DNA of 64,000 nucleotides, filler included, from Vicugna vicugna (GCA_013265495.1; 75 parts of 73 records of this genome joined end to end with filler, not necessarily neighbours in it), one strand, 5' to 3'; shown: positions 50,241 to 62,647, counted from the whole stretch's first letter. The notes: generated by a model from the sequence alone, not told the origin. Made by a program: numbers and translations.

Positions 50241-51079
50241 GTTGATATAATGTAAAGTACAACAGAAAACTAAGACAGAGAAAATCATTTAAAGCAGGAG
50301 AGAAAATAACAGACCCCTTTGACTGACAGTGGGCTTCTCAAAAGTGCTCACACACACACACACAGGGCAGAAAATAGTGGTATGAAACTATGATGTACTA
50401 AAGAACATTTCTGACCTAGAATTCCAGACTAGGGGAAAAACAGCTTTCAAGAAAGAGGGTGAAATATTGATTTTAAAGCAAACAAAACTGAAAGAGTTTA
50501 CTGAGAAGCAGTTTGCACTAAAGGAAATGCTAAAGGAGGTATTTCATGCAAAAGGAAAGTGATCCCAGGAGGAAGGACTGAGACACAAGAAGGAATGGAA
50601 AGGAAAGGGCATTTAATAGGTTGGTAGATATAAATGAGCACTGTCCACAACAGTGATGTCTGTGGAGTAAAGCAAAAGTAAAAGAATGAAAAATAGCAGA
50701 TGTGTTGTCCAGGAAAATACTAAAAATACTGGTTAACTGTAGAATTGGTAAATTAAGAATGCAGATTTTAATTTAGGGGAAAATAACAGACACAAACAAA
50801 GAGGGGCAGAGAGGAAAGTCAAGGGGGAAAGTGGAGAGACAGATAACAAACCCAAGGAAGCAAGAAAGGAAAGGAAAGAAAAAGAAAGATAAAAGAGGAT
50901 GATGAATAGAAAGAACAACATAAGATGTTATTTTTTAACATGAATACCTTGATAACTATATCAAATGTAAGATAATTAAATGCTTTAGTTAAATGGCAAA
51001 TAGATGTAAATAGGACTTTTAAAAAATTCAACTGTATCTTTACAAAGGTCACATCTAAAACATAAAGATACAGAAAGAC
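50241..51079 (+). mobile_element. Old L1 (L1M-like): ORF1 C-terminus, spacer and start of ORF2
   Basis: CCTAGAATT...TTTCAAGAAAGAGGGTGAAATA...AAACTGAAAGAGTTT...CTAAAGGAAATGCTAAAGGAGGT encodes PRI / FKKEGEI / KLKEF / LKEMLKEV; ATCAAATGTAAGATAATTAAAT resembles the ORF2 start (NVNGLN). Confidence 0.75.
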
Positions 51080-51263
51080 NNNNNNNNNNNNNNNNNNNNN
51101 NNNNNNNNNNNNNNNNNNNNNNNTTAATTAATTAANNNNNNNNNNNNNNNNNNNNNNNNNNNNNNNNNNNNNNNNNNNNCCTTTGGACAGAAGAGACAGA
51201 GGGATGTGAGGAGAAGACTTGGAGTTTGGACAGTGCAGTGCTTTTACATTGTGACAGTTGTGC

Positions 51264-51367
51264 TTTTTTTTACTTTCTTTTTTAATGGAGGTAATGGGGC
51301 TTGAACCCAGGACCTTGTACATGCTTAGCACGTGCTCTACCACTGAGCTATACTCATCCTTCCCCCC
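51264..51367 (-). mobile_element. tRNA-derived SINE, Vic-1-like (camelid)
   Basis: Reverse complement reads GAGTATAGCTCAGTGGTAGAGCACGTGCTAAGCATGTACAAGGTCCTGGGTTCAAGCCCCATTACCTCCATTAAAAAA: Pol III A and B boxes, a tRNA-Ala-like body and an immediate A tail. Confidence 0.85.
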
Positions 51368-51899
51368 AATATTTGTGTTTTTAGTGGGCATAATGTGCTG
51401 GTAGCTGGTACTTTAGCATCAGACACAGTCACCTGCCTGTGACCATCACGTTATAATACATTTGAGCTAGAGAGCTAGTCTGTTTCCAAAAGTTCAATAA
51501 ATTATCCACATTTTCTTTTTTCTTAATAAAAAGGTATTACCTCAGTTTTCTCTTTAGTATCGCCTATAAATGAAATGTGAATCTATTAACCATTTACCAA
51601 AGTGTTAAGTGTAATAAATATTAAGTACNNNNNNNNNNNNNNNNNNNNNNNNNNNNNNNNNNNNNNNNNNNNTTAATTAATTAANNNNNNNNNNNNNNNN
51701 NNNNNNNNNNNNNNNNNNNNNNNNNNNNATTTTGTTCCTACTTACATCACACACAAATTAGGGACTGGCTTTCAACCATGTCTTGTCAAGCACTGAGTTG
51801 CAGAACAGCCGACAGCCCATTTCTCACTGAGCTTGTGACTGTACGTGGCATCTTATAGACACTAATTATTTAACCTGACCAAACAATCTAGCAGCAGGC

Positions 51900-52030
51900 T
51901 GTAATTCTCCTATTTTGAGAGACAAGAAAACAGGAACGGTATATAGCTTGACAAAAGTCAGAGGACAAGTAAACTAAAGAGGATGAATTCAAACTCAGAT
52001 CTGAATGCAGAGTCTGATCTTCCCACTCAC
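51900..52030 (-). mobile_element. MIR fragment
   Basis: CTCCTATTTTGAGAGACAAGAAAACAGG...GAATTCAAACTCAGATCTGA. Confidence 0.6.
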
Positions 52031-52539
52031 AGGGCTGGAAAATCCTTAACACACAGGGTCCCCAGCTCCTCTGCATTGTTCCTGGCACCAAGCATTTCCC
52101 GTGGTGATATTCTCCAGTTCTCAGACACAGCGCTCTGTGCAGCCAATAACCTCCATTCAACCTTGATCATCTACCTGCCATGCCTACCAGGCTTCACCAG
52201 GCAGGAAAGCTGGGTTTCAACTGCATACAAAGCCACCCCTGGTTTATCCTGGACTCTTCNNNNNNNNNNNNNNNNNNNNNNNNNNNNNNNNNNNNNNNNN
52301 NNNTTAATTAATTAANNNNNNNNNNNNNNNNNNNNNNNNNNNNNNNNNNNNNNNNNNNNGTAGTCCAAGTAGGCGTGCAAGAGCCCAGGGACACCCAGGG
52401 ACCCTGGGATCGTCAGGAACGGTGAGGGGAGCCAGCTTGCTCCTGCGTGAGTCACTCCCCTATTTGTGGATATTTCCCACAAGTCACCGCAACACGTGGC
52501 TGGAACAGTGACTGTGACCCTCAGCAGCCTGGTGGCAAG

Positions 52540-52660
52540 AACAGGAGCTAAAAGTTCAGGAAGTCCTGAGTTCAAACCCCATCCTGCCTCTTCCTGGCTG
52601 CATGACCTTCCCCAGTGACTCCGCCACTCTGGGCCTCTTGTTCCTGGTCTGTATAAACAC
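52540..52660 (+). mobile_element. MIR fragment
   Basis: CCTGAGTTCAAACCCCATCCTGCCTCTTCCTGGCTGCATGACCTT...CTCTGGGCCTC. Confidence 0.7.
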
Positions 52661-53960
52661 CACGGCAATGCCCAGCTTGTAGCGCTATAAAGAGGCTCTG
52701 GAAGATGCTGGGTATGGGTAAGTGTATTCCCTCCCGACTCCACCCCTAGGAGTCCTTGCAGACCATCTGGCCCAAGGGCTGCAAACAGAAGGCTCCTGGC
52801 TGCATCGCACCCGGCTGCCTCGCTTGGCCCACGCAGGCTGGAAGGCAGTGTGACGAGGCCGGGGTTGTTTCAGCCCAACACAACAGCAGCGCAAGCCACC
52901 GTCCCTGGTCACGTATGTGAGCTGCCTGCAGCCCTTTGCCAATGATCGGGACCCAAACACCTGACCATAAAAAGACAGGGATTGTGCATTTCAGAGGTTT
53001 TTACTAACTGGGGGTGGGGTGAGGGCTTCGTTTCTTCACTTCTTTGAGTGCAAGGAAGCTGCATATGGAAGGAGANNNNNNNNNNNNNNNNNNNNNNNNN
53101 NNNNNNNNNNNNNNNNNNNTTAATTAATTAANNNNNNNNNNNNNNNNNNNNNNNNNNNNNNNNNNNNNNNNNNNNCTGTCTGCAGGGGAGCGAGTGGAGG
53201 CAGCTCTCATCAGCTCTGGCACCACCCTCTGAGTGGCAGTGACAATAGTGACTGTCTGTGGACGTGCAAAATGTTGTTCCAAAGCTTTACATGCATTTCT
53301 GCATTTAACAATTAAAGCCCTCCTGTGAGGAAGTGTTTTATGTTTTTAATGAATAATACATTTTATTTTGATATTGATAGAATCCAAACCTACGGAAAAT
53401 TTACAGNNNNNNNNNNNNNNNNNNNNNNNNNNNNNNNNNNNNNNNNNNNNNNNNNNNNNNNNNNNNNNNNNNNNNNNNNNNNNNNNNNNNNNNNNNNNNN
53501 NNNNNNNNNNNNNNNNNNNNNNNNNNNNNNNNNNNNNNNNNNNNNNNNNNNNNNNNNNNNNNNNNNNNNNNNNNNNNNNNNNNNNNNNNNNNNNNNNNNN
53601 NNNNNNNNNNNNNNNNNNNNNNNNNNNNNNNNNNNNNNNNNNNNNNNNNNNNNNNNNNNNNNNNNNNNNNNNNNNNNNNNNNNNNNNNNNNNNNNNNNNN
53701 NNNNNNNNNNNNNNNNNNNNNNNNNNNNNNNNNNNNNNNNNNNNNNNNNNNNNNNNNNNNNNNNNNNNNNNNNNNNNNNNNNNNNNNNNNNNNNNNNNNN
53801 NNNNNNNNNNNNNNNNNNNNNNNNNNNNNNNNNNNNNNNNNNNNNNNNNNNNNNNNNNNNNNNNNNNNNNNNNNNNNNNNNNNNNNNNNNNNNNNNNNNN
53901 NNNNNNNNNNNNNNNNNNNNNNNNNNNNNNNNNNNNNNNNNNNNNNNNNNNNNNNNNNNN

Positions 53961-54280
53961 ATTCCACATGTGAGCGATCTCATATGGTAATTTTCTTTCT
54001 CTTTCTGGCTTACTTCACTTAGAATGACATTCTCCAGGTCCATTCATGTTGCTGCAAATGGCATTATTTTATTATTATTTTATGGGTGAATAGTAGTCTA
54101 TTGGACAAATATACTGCAACCTCTTTATCCAGTCATCTGTCACTGGACATTTAGGTTGTTTCCATGTCTTGCTATTGTAAACAGTGCTGCTGTGAACATT
54201 GGGGTGAAGGTGTCTTTTTGAATTACAGATCCTTTTGGATACATATATATGCCAGGAGTGGGATTGCTGGGTTATATTGT
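53961..54280 (-). mobile_element. LINE-1 3' region (end of ORF2)
   Basis: Minus-strand MDLENVILSEVSQKEKENYHMRSLTCG; GGACATTTAGGTTGTTTCCATGTCTT. Confidence 0.92.
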
Positions 54281-54417
54281 GAAGGAAAAGCCCAGCTGGG
54301 CTAACAAGCTAAGTCACNNNNNNNNNNNNNNNNNNNNNNNNNNNNNNNNNNNNNNNNNNNNTTAATTAATTAANNNNNNNNNNNNNNNNNNNNNNNNNNN
54401 NNNNNNNNNNNNNNNNN

Positions 54418-54911
54418 AACACACCAAAAATTATATACAAATACAGAACAATTCACACAGAAAAACTGAAATTTGACATAATTTCTCTTATTTTGGAAAT
54501 ACAAGGAAAGCCCCACAAAACCAGGTAGAGGAAAAAAAAGAAAGAAAAAGGAAATTGGTGCATGATATTCTTCACAGAAATAGAGCAGCATAGAAAGAAT
54601 AGTGCCCTCACCCTGGGAAGCTCCCTCTCCAGCAAGGAGATCCATAGGGACAGAACAGGAGCTTCAGAGGTTCAGAGGAGGCAGCAGCAGCTGTTTAGCA
54701 GAAAGAACTAAGAGAAACCAGCAGTGAGAGTCACTAAGAGTCACTTTGAATCCTAGCCTAAGATGCATGCCAGTGGGGACAGGCTGGGCTGGGCTGCTGG
54801 AACTCAGGCTTACACGGATGAGCCTGGGGAAAGGACTGGGGTTGACTGCACACAGGCAGCCTCAGTAGCCTGGAGTGTGGTGTGGGCTGTGGCTAGAAGA
54901 GAGTGCAAATC
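54418..54911 (+). mobile_element. Possible LINE-1 5'UTR of a second, older type
   Basis: CCCTGGGAAGCTCCCTCTCCAGCAAGGAGATC...GGGACAGAACAGGAGCTTCAGAGG resembles laurasiatherian L1 5' ends from memory; I see no alignment to type 1. Confidence 0.45.
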
Positions 54912-55011
54912 NNNNNNNNNNNNNNNNNNNNNNNNNNNNNNNNNNNNNNNNNNNNTTAATTAATTAANNNNNNNNNNNNNNNNNNNNNNNNNNNNNNNNN
55001 NNNNNNNNNNN

Positions 55012-55771
55012 CCAAATCAACTGGAAAATGAAGTTTAAAATGGAAATAAACACTGGCCTATCAATAATTATCAGAAATGTTAACAGACATTGTGGTTCAA
55101 TCAAAAGATATATATTGTCAGATGGGATAATATAACAAGACCCTACATTATGAAGCATACAAGAGACCCACTTTAGTAACAGGAGAACACATCAATTCAA
55201 ACTCAGAAGATGTAAGATTATATTCCATGCAAATGCACATGACAAGAAAGAAAAGAATATTGACTTTACACAAAATAGACTCTATAAGAAAGGCCATAGA
55301 GAAAGATAAACAAGGACATGTTATAATGATAAAAGGAGCAATACAAAATAAGGGTTTTATACCCATTAAGATATGTGCACTCAATATAGGAGCACCTAAA
55401 TTCATAAAGCAAATACTAATAGATAAAAAGAGATTAATCACTGGAAAAACAATCAAAGTAGGAGATTATAACACCTCATTACCATCACTGGACTGGTCTT
55501 TCACAAAGGAAATTAATAAGGGAACAAAATTACTAAAAGACATGATAAAATATTTGGAGATGGTTGATACTTTCAAAACAGTACTTCTCCCAAAAACAGA
55601 ATATACCTTCTTTTCCAGTGCACATGGAACATTTTGAACGAAAGATCATGTAATCAGGCACAGAAGAAGCCTTAACAAATTTAAGAAGACAAAAGTTATT
55701 TCAAGCATTTTTTCTGAGTATAATATCATGAAACTCAAAATCAATCCAAGAAAAACAGGGGAAAAAATGAC
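55012..55771 (+). mobile_element. Degenerate LINE-1 ORF2 endonuclease domain
   Basis: ORF 55227-55637 contains DKQGHVIMIKGAIQ, ICALNIGAPKFIKQIL, VGDYNTSL and EYTFFSSAHGTF, ending in a premature stop. Confidence 0.95.
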
Positions 55772-55871
55772 NNNNNNNNNNNNNNNNNNNNNNNNNNNNN
55801 NNNNNNNNNNNNNNNTTAATTAATTAANNNNNNNNNNNNNNNNNNNNNNNNNNNNNNNNNNNNNNNNNNNN

Positions 55872-56086
55872 GGCCAGACCAGGGACAGGGCTGTTCCTCA
55901 GTCTTCCCTGAGCCCATTTCCGGTGTGCAAACCTGAGGCAGAGCGTATATAGGCACAGAGCAGCAGAGTGATCAGCAACCTGAGAGGACGGTTGGCCCCT
56001 CAAATTTTGTGCTAGATTACAGCCCCTTACAGTGGTGCTGGGAGAGGGCGTGATGCCCTATCATGCCTGGTCATTCTGCAACATCT
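55872..56086 (+). mobile_element. Probable LINE-1 5'UTR (type 1) fragment
   Basis: Colinear with 21220-21388 (CAGTCTTCCCTGAGCCCA...GTGCAAACC.GAGGCAGAGCGTA). Confidence 0.65.
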
Positions 56087-56701
56087 NNNNNNNNNNNNNN
56101 NNNNNNNNNNNNNNNNNNNNNNNNNNNNNNTTAATTAATTAANNNNNNNNNNNNNNNNNNNNNNNNNNNNNNNNNNNNNNNNNNNNCCAGGTTTGGGCCT
56201 AGCTATCAAGCACTTGCTCTTCACTCCCCTCAACTCAGGCATCCATTTTGAGGGATCAGAACCTGAGCTGTAATGAAGCCAGTAAGAGAAGAGCAAGCCC
56301 CTCCTAGAATCAGAGATCCTCTAGCTTCCATCCTCTGTGAACAACAGGGAACCCCATAAAGGTCAAAAACTCTCGTATGAAATAGATAGGAATTGAATAC
56401 TTAGCTCCCACAAAGAAATTCCGCTAGATTCAGCAAATGCTGGGTTGATGTCTTCTCTGGGGTGAAGGGAGTGTGGTAAGTGAGGGGAATCTTTGACTGA
56501 ACTTGAATCTGTATTAGTCCTCCTTTTTTCAAGACAGTCTAGGTAATTATTAAAATTCAGATAGTGAACTGAACTGTAAAAGTCGCCAATGACATGAAAG
56601 ANNNNNNNNNNNNNNNNNNNNNNNNNNNNNNNNNNNNNNNNNNNNTTAATTAATTAANNNNNNNNNNNNNNNNNNNNNNNNNNNNNNNNNNNNNNNNNNN
56701 N

Positions 56702-57744
56702 GTCAGTGCGTGGGGGACCTCGAGATAAAACTCCACGCAGCTCTCTACCGTCAGAGTTGTTCCCTGTTCGGGGAAGCCCGAGAAATAACTTCCCTGATGC
56801 AGCCTCTGACACTAGGATAACCTGCAATCACCCATTGCATTCCCTGGCACAGAGAAATTAGGAAAACCCTCAGGGGAGACTAACTTAGGCATTCCGTTAG
56901 AATCCACACGCTGCCGACCGTTGCTGGAACCTCCCCACGCTCAGGATTCCGGAACCATTTTTAGTGTGATGGGGAGCCCGAGAGACAACTCCACGCATCT
57001 CTCTTCAGTCACAGGTGTTCCCTGTTAGGGGACCCCGNNNNNNNNNNNNNNNNNNNNNNNNNNNNNNNNNNNNNNNNNNNNNNNNNNNNNNNNNNNNNNN
57101 NNNNNNNNNNNNNNNNNNNNNNNNNNNNNNNNNNNNNNNNNNNNNNNNNNNNNNNNNNNNNNNNNNNNNNNNNNNNNNNNNNNNNNNNNNNNNNNNNNNN
57201 NNNNNNNNNNNNNNNNNNNNNNNNNNNNNNNNNNNNNNNNNNNNNNNNNNNNNNNNNNNNNNNNNNNNNNNNNNNNNNNNNNNNNNNNNNNNNNNNNNNN
57301 NNNNNNNNNNNNNNNNNNNNNNNNNNNNNNNNNNNNNNNNNNNNNNNNNNNNNNNNNNNNNNNNNNNNNNNNNNNNNNNNNNNNNNNNNNNNNNNNNNNN
57401 NNNNNNNNNNNNNNNNNNNNNNNNNNNNNNNNNNNNNNNNNNNNNNNNNNNNNNNNNNNNNNNNNNNNNNNNNNNNNNNNNNNNNNNNNNNNNTGGGGGA
57501 GCTCGAGAGACAACTCCACGCAGCTCTCTTCAGTCACATTGTTCCCTGTTCGGGGAACTCCGAGAAATAACTTCCCTGACTTGGGGAGGCAGCCTCTGTC
57601 ACTGGGATATCCTGCAATCACCCAAAGCATTCCCTGGAACAGAGACATTAGGAAAACCCTCAGGGGAGGCGAGCTTAGGTATTCCGTTAGAACCCAGGAG
57701 CTGCCGACAGTTGGTGGAAACTCCCCACGCTCAGGATTCCGGAA
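56702..57744 (+). repeat. Satellite A, includes a 258-bp variant monomer
   Basis: CTCCACGCA at 56731 and 56989. Confidence 0.93.
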
Positions 57745-57844
57745 NNNNNNNNNNNNNNNNNNNNNNNNNNNNNNNNNNNNNNNNNNNNTTAATTAATTAA
57801 NNNNNNNNNNNNNNNNNNNNNNNNNNNNNNNNNNNNNNNNNNNN

Positions 57845-58380
57845 CCGGAATCCTGAGAGTGGGGAGGTTCCACCAAAGGTCGGCAGCGAATGGGTTCTAA
57901 CGGAATGCCTAAGCTCACCTGCCCTGAGGTTTTTCCTAATGTCTCTGTGCCAGGGAATGCTAGGGGGGTTTGCAGGATATCCCAGTGACAGAGACTGTCT
58001 CCCCAAGGTCAGGGAAAGTATTTCTCGGACTTCCCCGGACAGGGAACACCTGTGACTGAAGAGAGCTGCGTGGAGTTGTCTCTCGAGCTCCCCCAAGCAC
58101 TGACAATGTTTCCGGAATNNNNNNNNNNNNNNNNNNNNNNNNNNNNNNNNNNNNNNNNNNNNNNNNNNNNNNNNNNNNNNNNNNNNNNNNNNNNNNNNNN
58201 NNNNNNNNNNNNNNNNNNNNNNNNNNNNNNNNNNNNNNNNNNNNNNNNNNNNNNNNNNNNNNNNNTGCCTCCCCAAGGGAAGGTATTTCTCGGACTTCCC
58301 CGAGCAGGAAACACCTGTGACTTAAGAGAGCTGCTTGGAGTTGTCTCTCGATGTCCCACACTCAATGACAATGGTTCCGG
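57845..58380 (-). repeat. Satellite A (A1-type left of the gap, A2-like right)
   Basis: Monomer motifs; CGAGCAGG and CTCAATGACAAT in 58266-58380. Confidence 0.9.
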
Positions 58381-58480
58381 NNNNNNNNNNNNNNNNNNNN
58401 NNNNNNNNNNNNNNNNNNNNNNNNTTAATTAATTAANNNNNNNNNNNNNNNNNNNNNNNNNNNNNNNNNNNNNNNNNNNN

Positions 58481-58755
58481 ATGCTAGCTGTAGGGCTTCC
58501 TAGTTATCTTTTATCAGGTTGAAGACGCTCCCTTTTAGTAATAAACTGATTTTCTGAGAATTTTTTTTTTTATCAGGAATGGATTCTGAAATTTGTCATC
58601 TACTTTTTCTGAATCAATTAAGATGAAGATGACTCTTTTTTTCCCCCAGTTTTCTAGTATTGTGAACTACCTTGCTGATTTTCAAATATTAAACCAACTC
58701 TAGATTTTGGGAATAAACCATGTTTGATCATGATATATCAACTTTTTAATTTTTT
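58481..58755 (-). mobile_element. Old LINE-1 ORF2 RT fragment
   Basis: Minus-strand KIKKLIYHDQTWFIP resembles IKKIIHHDQVGFIP. Confidence 0.75.
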
Positions 58756-59459
58756 NNNNNNNNNNNNNNNNNNNNNNNNNNNNNNNNNNNNNNNNNNNNN
58801 NNNNNNNNNNNNNNNNNNNNNNNNNNNNNNNNNNNNNNNNNNNNNNNNNNNNNNNNNNNNNNNNNNNNNNNNNNNNNNNNNNNNNNNNNNNNNNNNNNNN
58901 NNNNNNNNNNNNNNNNNNNNNNNNNNNNNNNNNNNNNNNNNNNNNNNNNNNNNNNNNNNNNNNNNNNNNNNNNNNNNNNNNNNNNNNNNNNNNNNNNNNN
59001 NNNNNNNNNNNNNNNNNNNNNNNNNNNNNNNNNNNNNNNNNNNNNNNNNNNNNNNNNNNNNNNNNNNNNNNNNNNNNNNNNNNNNNNNNNNNNNNNNNNN
59101 NNNNNNNNNNNNNNNNNNNNNNNNNNNNNNNNNNNNNNNNNNNNNNNNAATAATTATTTATTGAGCCACCTGGAGGCATTGCTAAGAATCAGTGAGAGAA
59201 GGTAAGAAATTGATGATGGGCATGTTGGTTTAGAGACTGCAAAAGGGAAAGGTTCTGAANNNNNNNNNNNNNNNNNNNNNNNNNNNNNNNNNNNNNNNNN
59301 NNNTTAATTAATTAANNNNNNNNNNNNNNNNNNNNNNNNNNNNNNNNNNNNNNNNNNNNTTAGGCTTGGAGGCTGCAGAACCAGGAATATTGTAACTGGG
59401 AGGCCCCCCGTCCTTACTGTCCTGCAGCTGCACCCAGCACCCTGCTTCCAGGGGTGAGG

Positions 59460-59680
59460 CCGGGCACAGCAGCCTCTTTCCGTAAAGGGCCAGATCCTGA
59501 AAGTCTTAGCTCTGTGGTCCACGTGGCCTCTGTCATAGCTGCTCCCCACTGCAGTTGCCGCACCCAGCAGCCCCAGACAGTACGAAAGGAGCGGGTGTGC
59601 TTGTGCCCCCATATCCCTTTATTTACAAAAGAAATTCTGCACCAGGCTGGACCCACAGGCCTTAGGTAGCCCAATAGCCC
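59460..59680 (+). mobile_element. MER58-like hAT-Charlie non-autonomous DNA transposon
   Basis: TTTCCGTAAAGGGCCAGAT...CTCTGTC...GCAGCCCCAGACA...CTTTATTTACAAAA is colinear with MER58A as I recall it. Confidence 0.7.
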
Positions 59681-60144
59681 ATCCGTAAGACCTGAACACT
59701 GGCTGCCGCTGTTCAGCAGAACCAATGGCTCTTGCCACCTTCCATGCAGAACATCTGGCGCTCTTACTTATGCCTGCCACCTCCTGATCCCCTAATCTCT
59801 CTGTCAAGTCTCGTGGTCGTGTTTACCTGCATGGCGGAACCTGGGTACCCTGGCGGACTCCTAGCGGCAGGGGGGTCNNNNNNNNNNNNNNNNNNNNNNN
59901 NNNNNNNNNNNNNNNNNNNNNTTAATTAATTAANNNNNNNNNNNNNNNNNNNNNNNNNNNNNNNNNNNNNNNNNNNNATTATTTTGGAGCATCTCTCTTT
60001 TCTTCATGATGCCCTTTTCTAGGGGTTTTTTGAATTTGCTTATCTTAAAAAGAAAACAATAACAAAATCTTTGGTTTTACTACTCTTCTGCATAGTTGTT
60101 TTTTCTCTATAATTTATATTTACACCTGTAATATTTAGGATCAT

Positions 60145-60903
60145 GTTTTTTTCTTTTTTTAACTTTTTTAATTGGTTTTCAATCATTTTACAAAGTTGTC
60201 TCTAATTCCATTTTAGAGCACAATTTTTTATGTACAACGAACTTATATACATTTGTTGTCCCATTATTTCCCCTGTGAGCTGCCGTTAAATCTTTTATAT
60301 ATTTCCCTGTGCTATATAGTACAATCCTGTTTGCCTATTCTACAATTTTTACCTCCCAGCCTATATCTTCCCACACCACAACCCTTGGCAACCAACACTT
60401 TGTATTCTCTGCCTGCGAGTCAATTTCTGTTTTGTATTTATGCCTTTTTTGTTTGGTTTGGTTTTGCGTTTTGATTCCACACATGAGCCATCTCATATGC
60501 TATTTTTCTTTCTGTTTCTGGCTAACTTCACTTAGACTGATTTTCTCCTGGACCATCCATGTTGCTGAAAATGGCATTATGTTGTCAGTTTATAAGAGTG
60601 ACTACTATTCCATTGTATAAATATACCACCTCTTCTTTATCGAGTCAAATGTCGATGGACATTTATGCTGTTTCCATGTCTTGNNNNNNNNNNNNNNNNN
60701 NNNNNNNNNNNNNNNNNNNNNNNNNNNNNNNNNNNNNNNNNNNNNNNNNNNNNNNNNNNNNNNNNNNNNNNNNNNNNNNNNNNNNNNNNNNNNNNNNCAA
60801 GGCTTTTGAGGAATCTTCATCCTGTATTCCACAGTGGCTGCACCAAACTGCATTGTCACCAGAAGTGAAGGACGGTTCCCTTTATTCCACAGCCTCTCCA
60901 GCA
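60145..60903 (-). mobile_element. LINE-1 3' end with poly(A) remnant
   Basis: T tract at ~60145-60170, then 3'UTR and antisense ORF2-end motifs (CTGGCTAACTTCACTTAG, CAGTGGCTGCACCAAACT). Confidence 0.9.
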
Positions 60904-61003
60904 NNNNNNNNNNNNNNNNNNNNNNNNNNNNNNNNNNNNNNNNNNNNTTAATTAATTAANNNNNNNNNNNNNNNNNNNNNNNNNNNNNNNNNNNNNNNNN
61001 NNN

Positions 61004-62541
61004 AGCCTAAGCTCGTCTCCCCTGACTGTTTTCCTAATGTCTCTGTGCGAGGTAAGGCTTGGGGGATTTGCAGGGTATCCCAGTGACAGAGGCTGCCTCC
61101 CCAAGTTCAGGGAAGGTATTTCTCGGACTTCCCGAAACAGGGAACACCTGTGACTGAAGAGAGCTGCGTGGAGTTGTCTCTCGAGCTCCCCCACGCACTG
61201 ACAATTGTTCCGGAATCCTGAGCGTTNNNNNNNNNNNNNNNNNNNNNNNNNNNNNNNNNNNNNNNNNNNNNNNNNNNNNNNNNNNNNNNNNNNNNNNNNN
61301 NNNNNNNNNNNNNNNNNNNNNNNNNNNNNNNNNNNNNNNNNNNNNNNNNNNNNNNNNNNNNNNNNNNNNNNNNNNNNNNNNNNNNNNNNNNNNNNNNNNN
61401 NNNNNNNNNNNNNNNNNNNNNNNNNNNNNNNNNNNNNNNNNNNNNNNNNNNNNNNNNNNNNNNNNNNNNNNNNNNNNNNNNNNNNNNNNNNNNNNNNNNN
61501 NNNNNNNNNNNNNNNNNNNNNNNNNNNNNNNNNNNNNNNNNNNNNNNNNNNNNNNNNNNNNNNNNNNNNNNNNNNNNNNNNNNNNNNNNNNNNNNNNNNN
61601 NNNNNNNNNNNNNNNNNNNNNNNNNNNNNNNNNNNNNNNNNNNNNNNNNNNNNNNNNNNNNNNNNNNNNNNNNNNNNNNNNNNNNNNNNNNNNNNNNNNN
61701 NNNNNNNNNNNNNNNNNNNNNNNNNNNNNNNNNNNNNNNNNNNNNNNNNNNNNNNNNNNNNNNNNNNNNNNNNNNNNNNNNNNNNNNNNNNNNNNNNNNN
61801 NNNNNNNNNNNNNNNNNNNNNNNNNNNNNNNNNNNNNNNNNNNNNNNNNNNNNNNNNNNNNNNNNNNNNNNNNNNNNAGGGAAGGTATTTCTCGGACTTC
61901 CCCGAACAGGGAACACCTGTGACTGAAGAGAGCTGCATGGAGTTGTCTCTCGAGCTCCCCCACGCACTGACAATGGTTCCGGAATCCTGAGCTTGGGCAG
62001 GATCCACCAACGGTCGGCAGCGCGTGGGTTCTAACGGAAAGCCTAATCTCGTCTCTCCTGAGTGTTTTCCAAATGTCTCTTTGCCAGGGAATGCTAGAGG
62101 GGGTTGAAGGATATCCCAGTGACAGAGGCAGCCTCCACAAGTTCAGGGAAGGTATTTCTCGGACTTCCCCGAACAGGGAAAACGCGTGACTGAAGAGAGC
62201 TGCTTGGAGTTGTCTCTTGAGCTCCCCCTTGCACTGACAATTTTTCCGGGATCCTGAGCGTGGGGAGGTTCCACCAACGGTCGGCAGCGCGTGGGTTCTA
62301 ACGGAAAGCCTAATCTCGTCTCTCCTGAGTGTTTTCCAAATGTCTCTTTGCCAGGGAATGCTAGAGGGGGTTGAAGGATATCCCAGTGACAGAGGCAGCC
62401 TCCACAAGTTCAGGGAAGGTATTTCTCGGACTTCCCCGAACAGGGAAAACGCGTGACTGAAGAGAGCTGCTTGGAGTTGTCTCTTGAGCTCCCCCTTGCA
62501 CTGACAATTTTTCCGGGATCCTGAGCGTGGGGAGGTTCCAC
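61004..62541 (-). repeat. Satellite A
   Basis: CGGTCGGCAG at 62011 and 62278 fixes the period at 267 bp. Confidence 0.97.
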
Positions 62542-62647
62542 NNNNNNNNNNNNNNNNNNNNNNNNNNNNNNNNNNNNNNNNNNNNTTAATTAATTAANNN
62601 NNNNNNNNNNNNNNNNNNNNNNNNNNNNNNNNNNNNNNNNNGTATGG

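Noticed and set aside
51285..51360. Possible tRNA-Ala gene
   Set aside because: The acceptor stem does not pair, the anticodon region is altered and an A-rich tail follows; this is a SINE.
55227..55637. Intact endonuclease or reverse transcriptase gene (also 24135-24404)
   Set aside because: L1 ORF2 remnants with premature stops and altered conserved residues.
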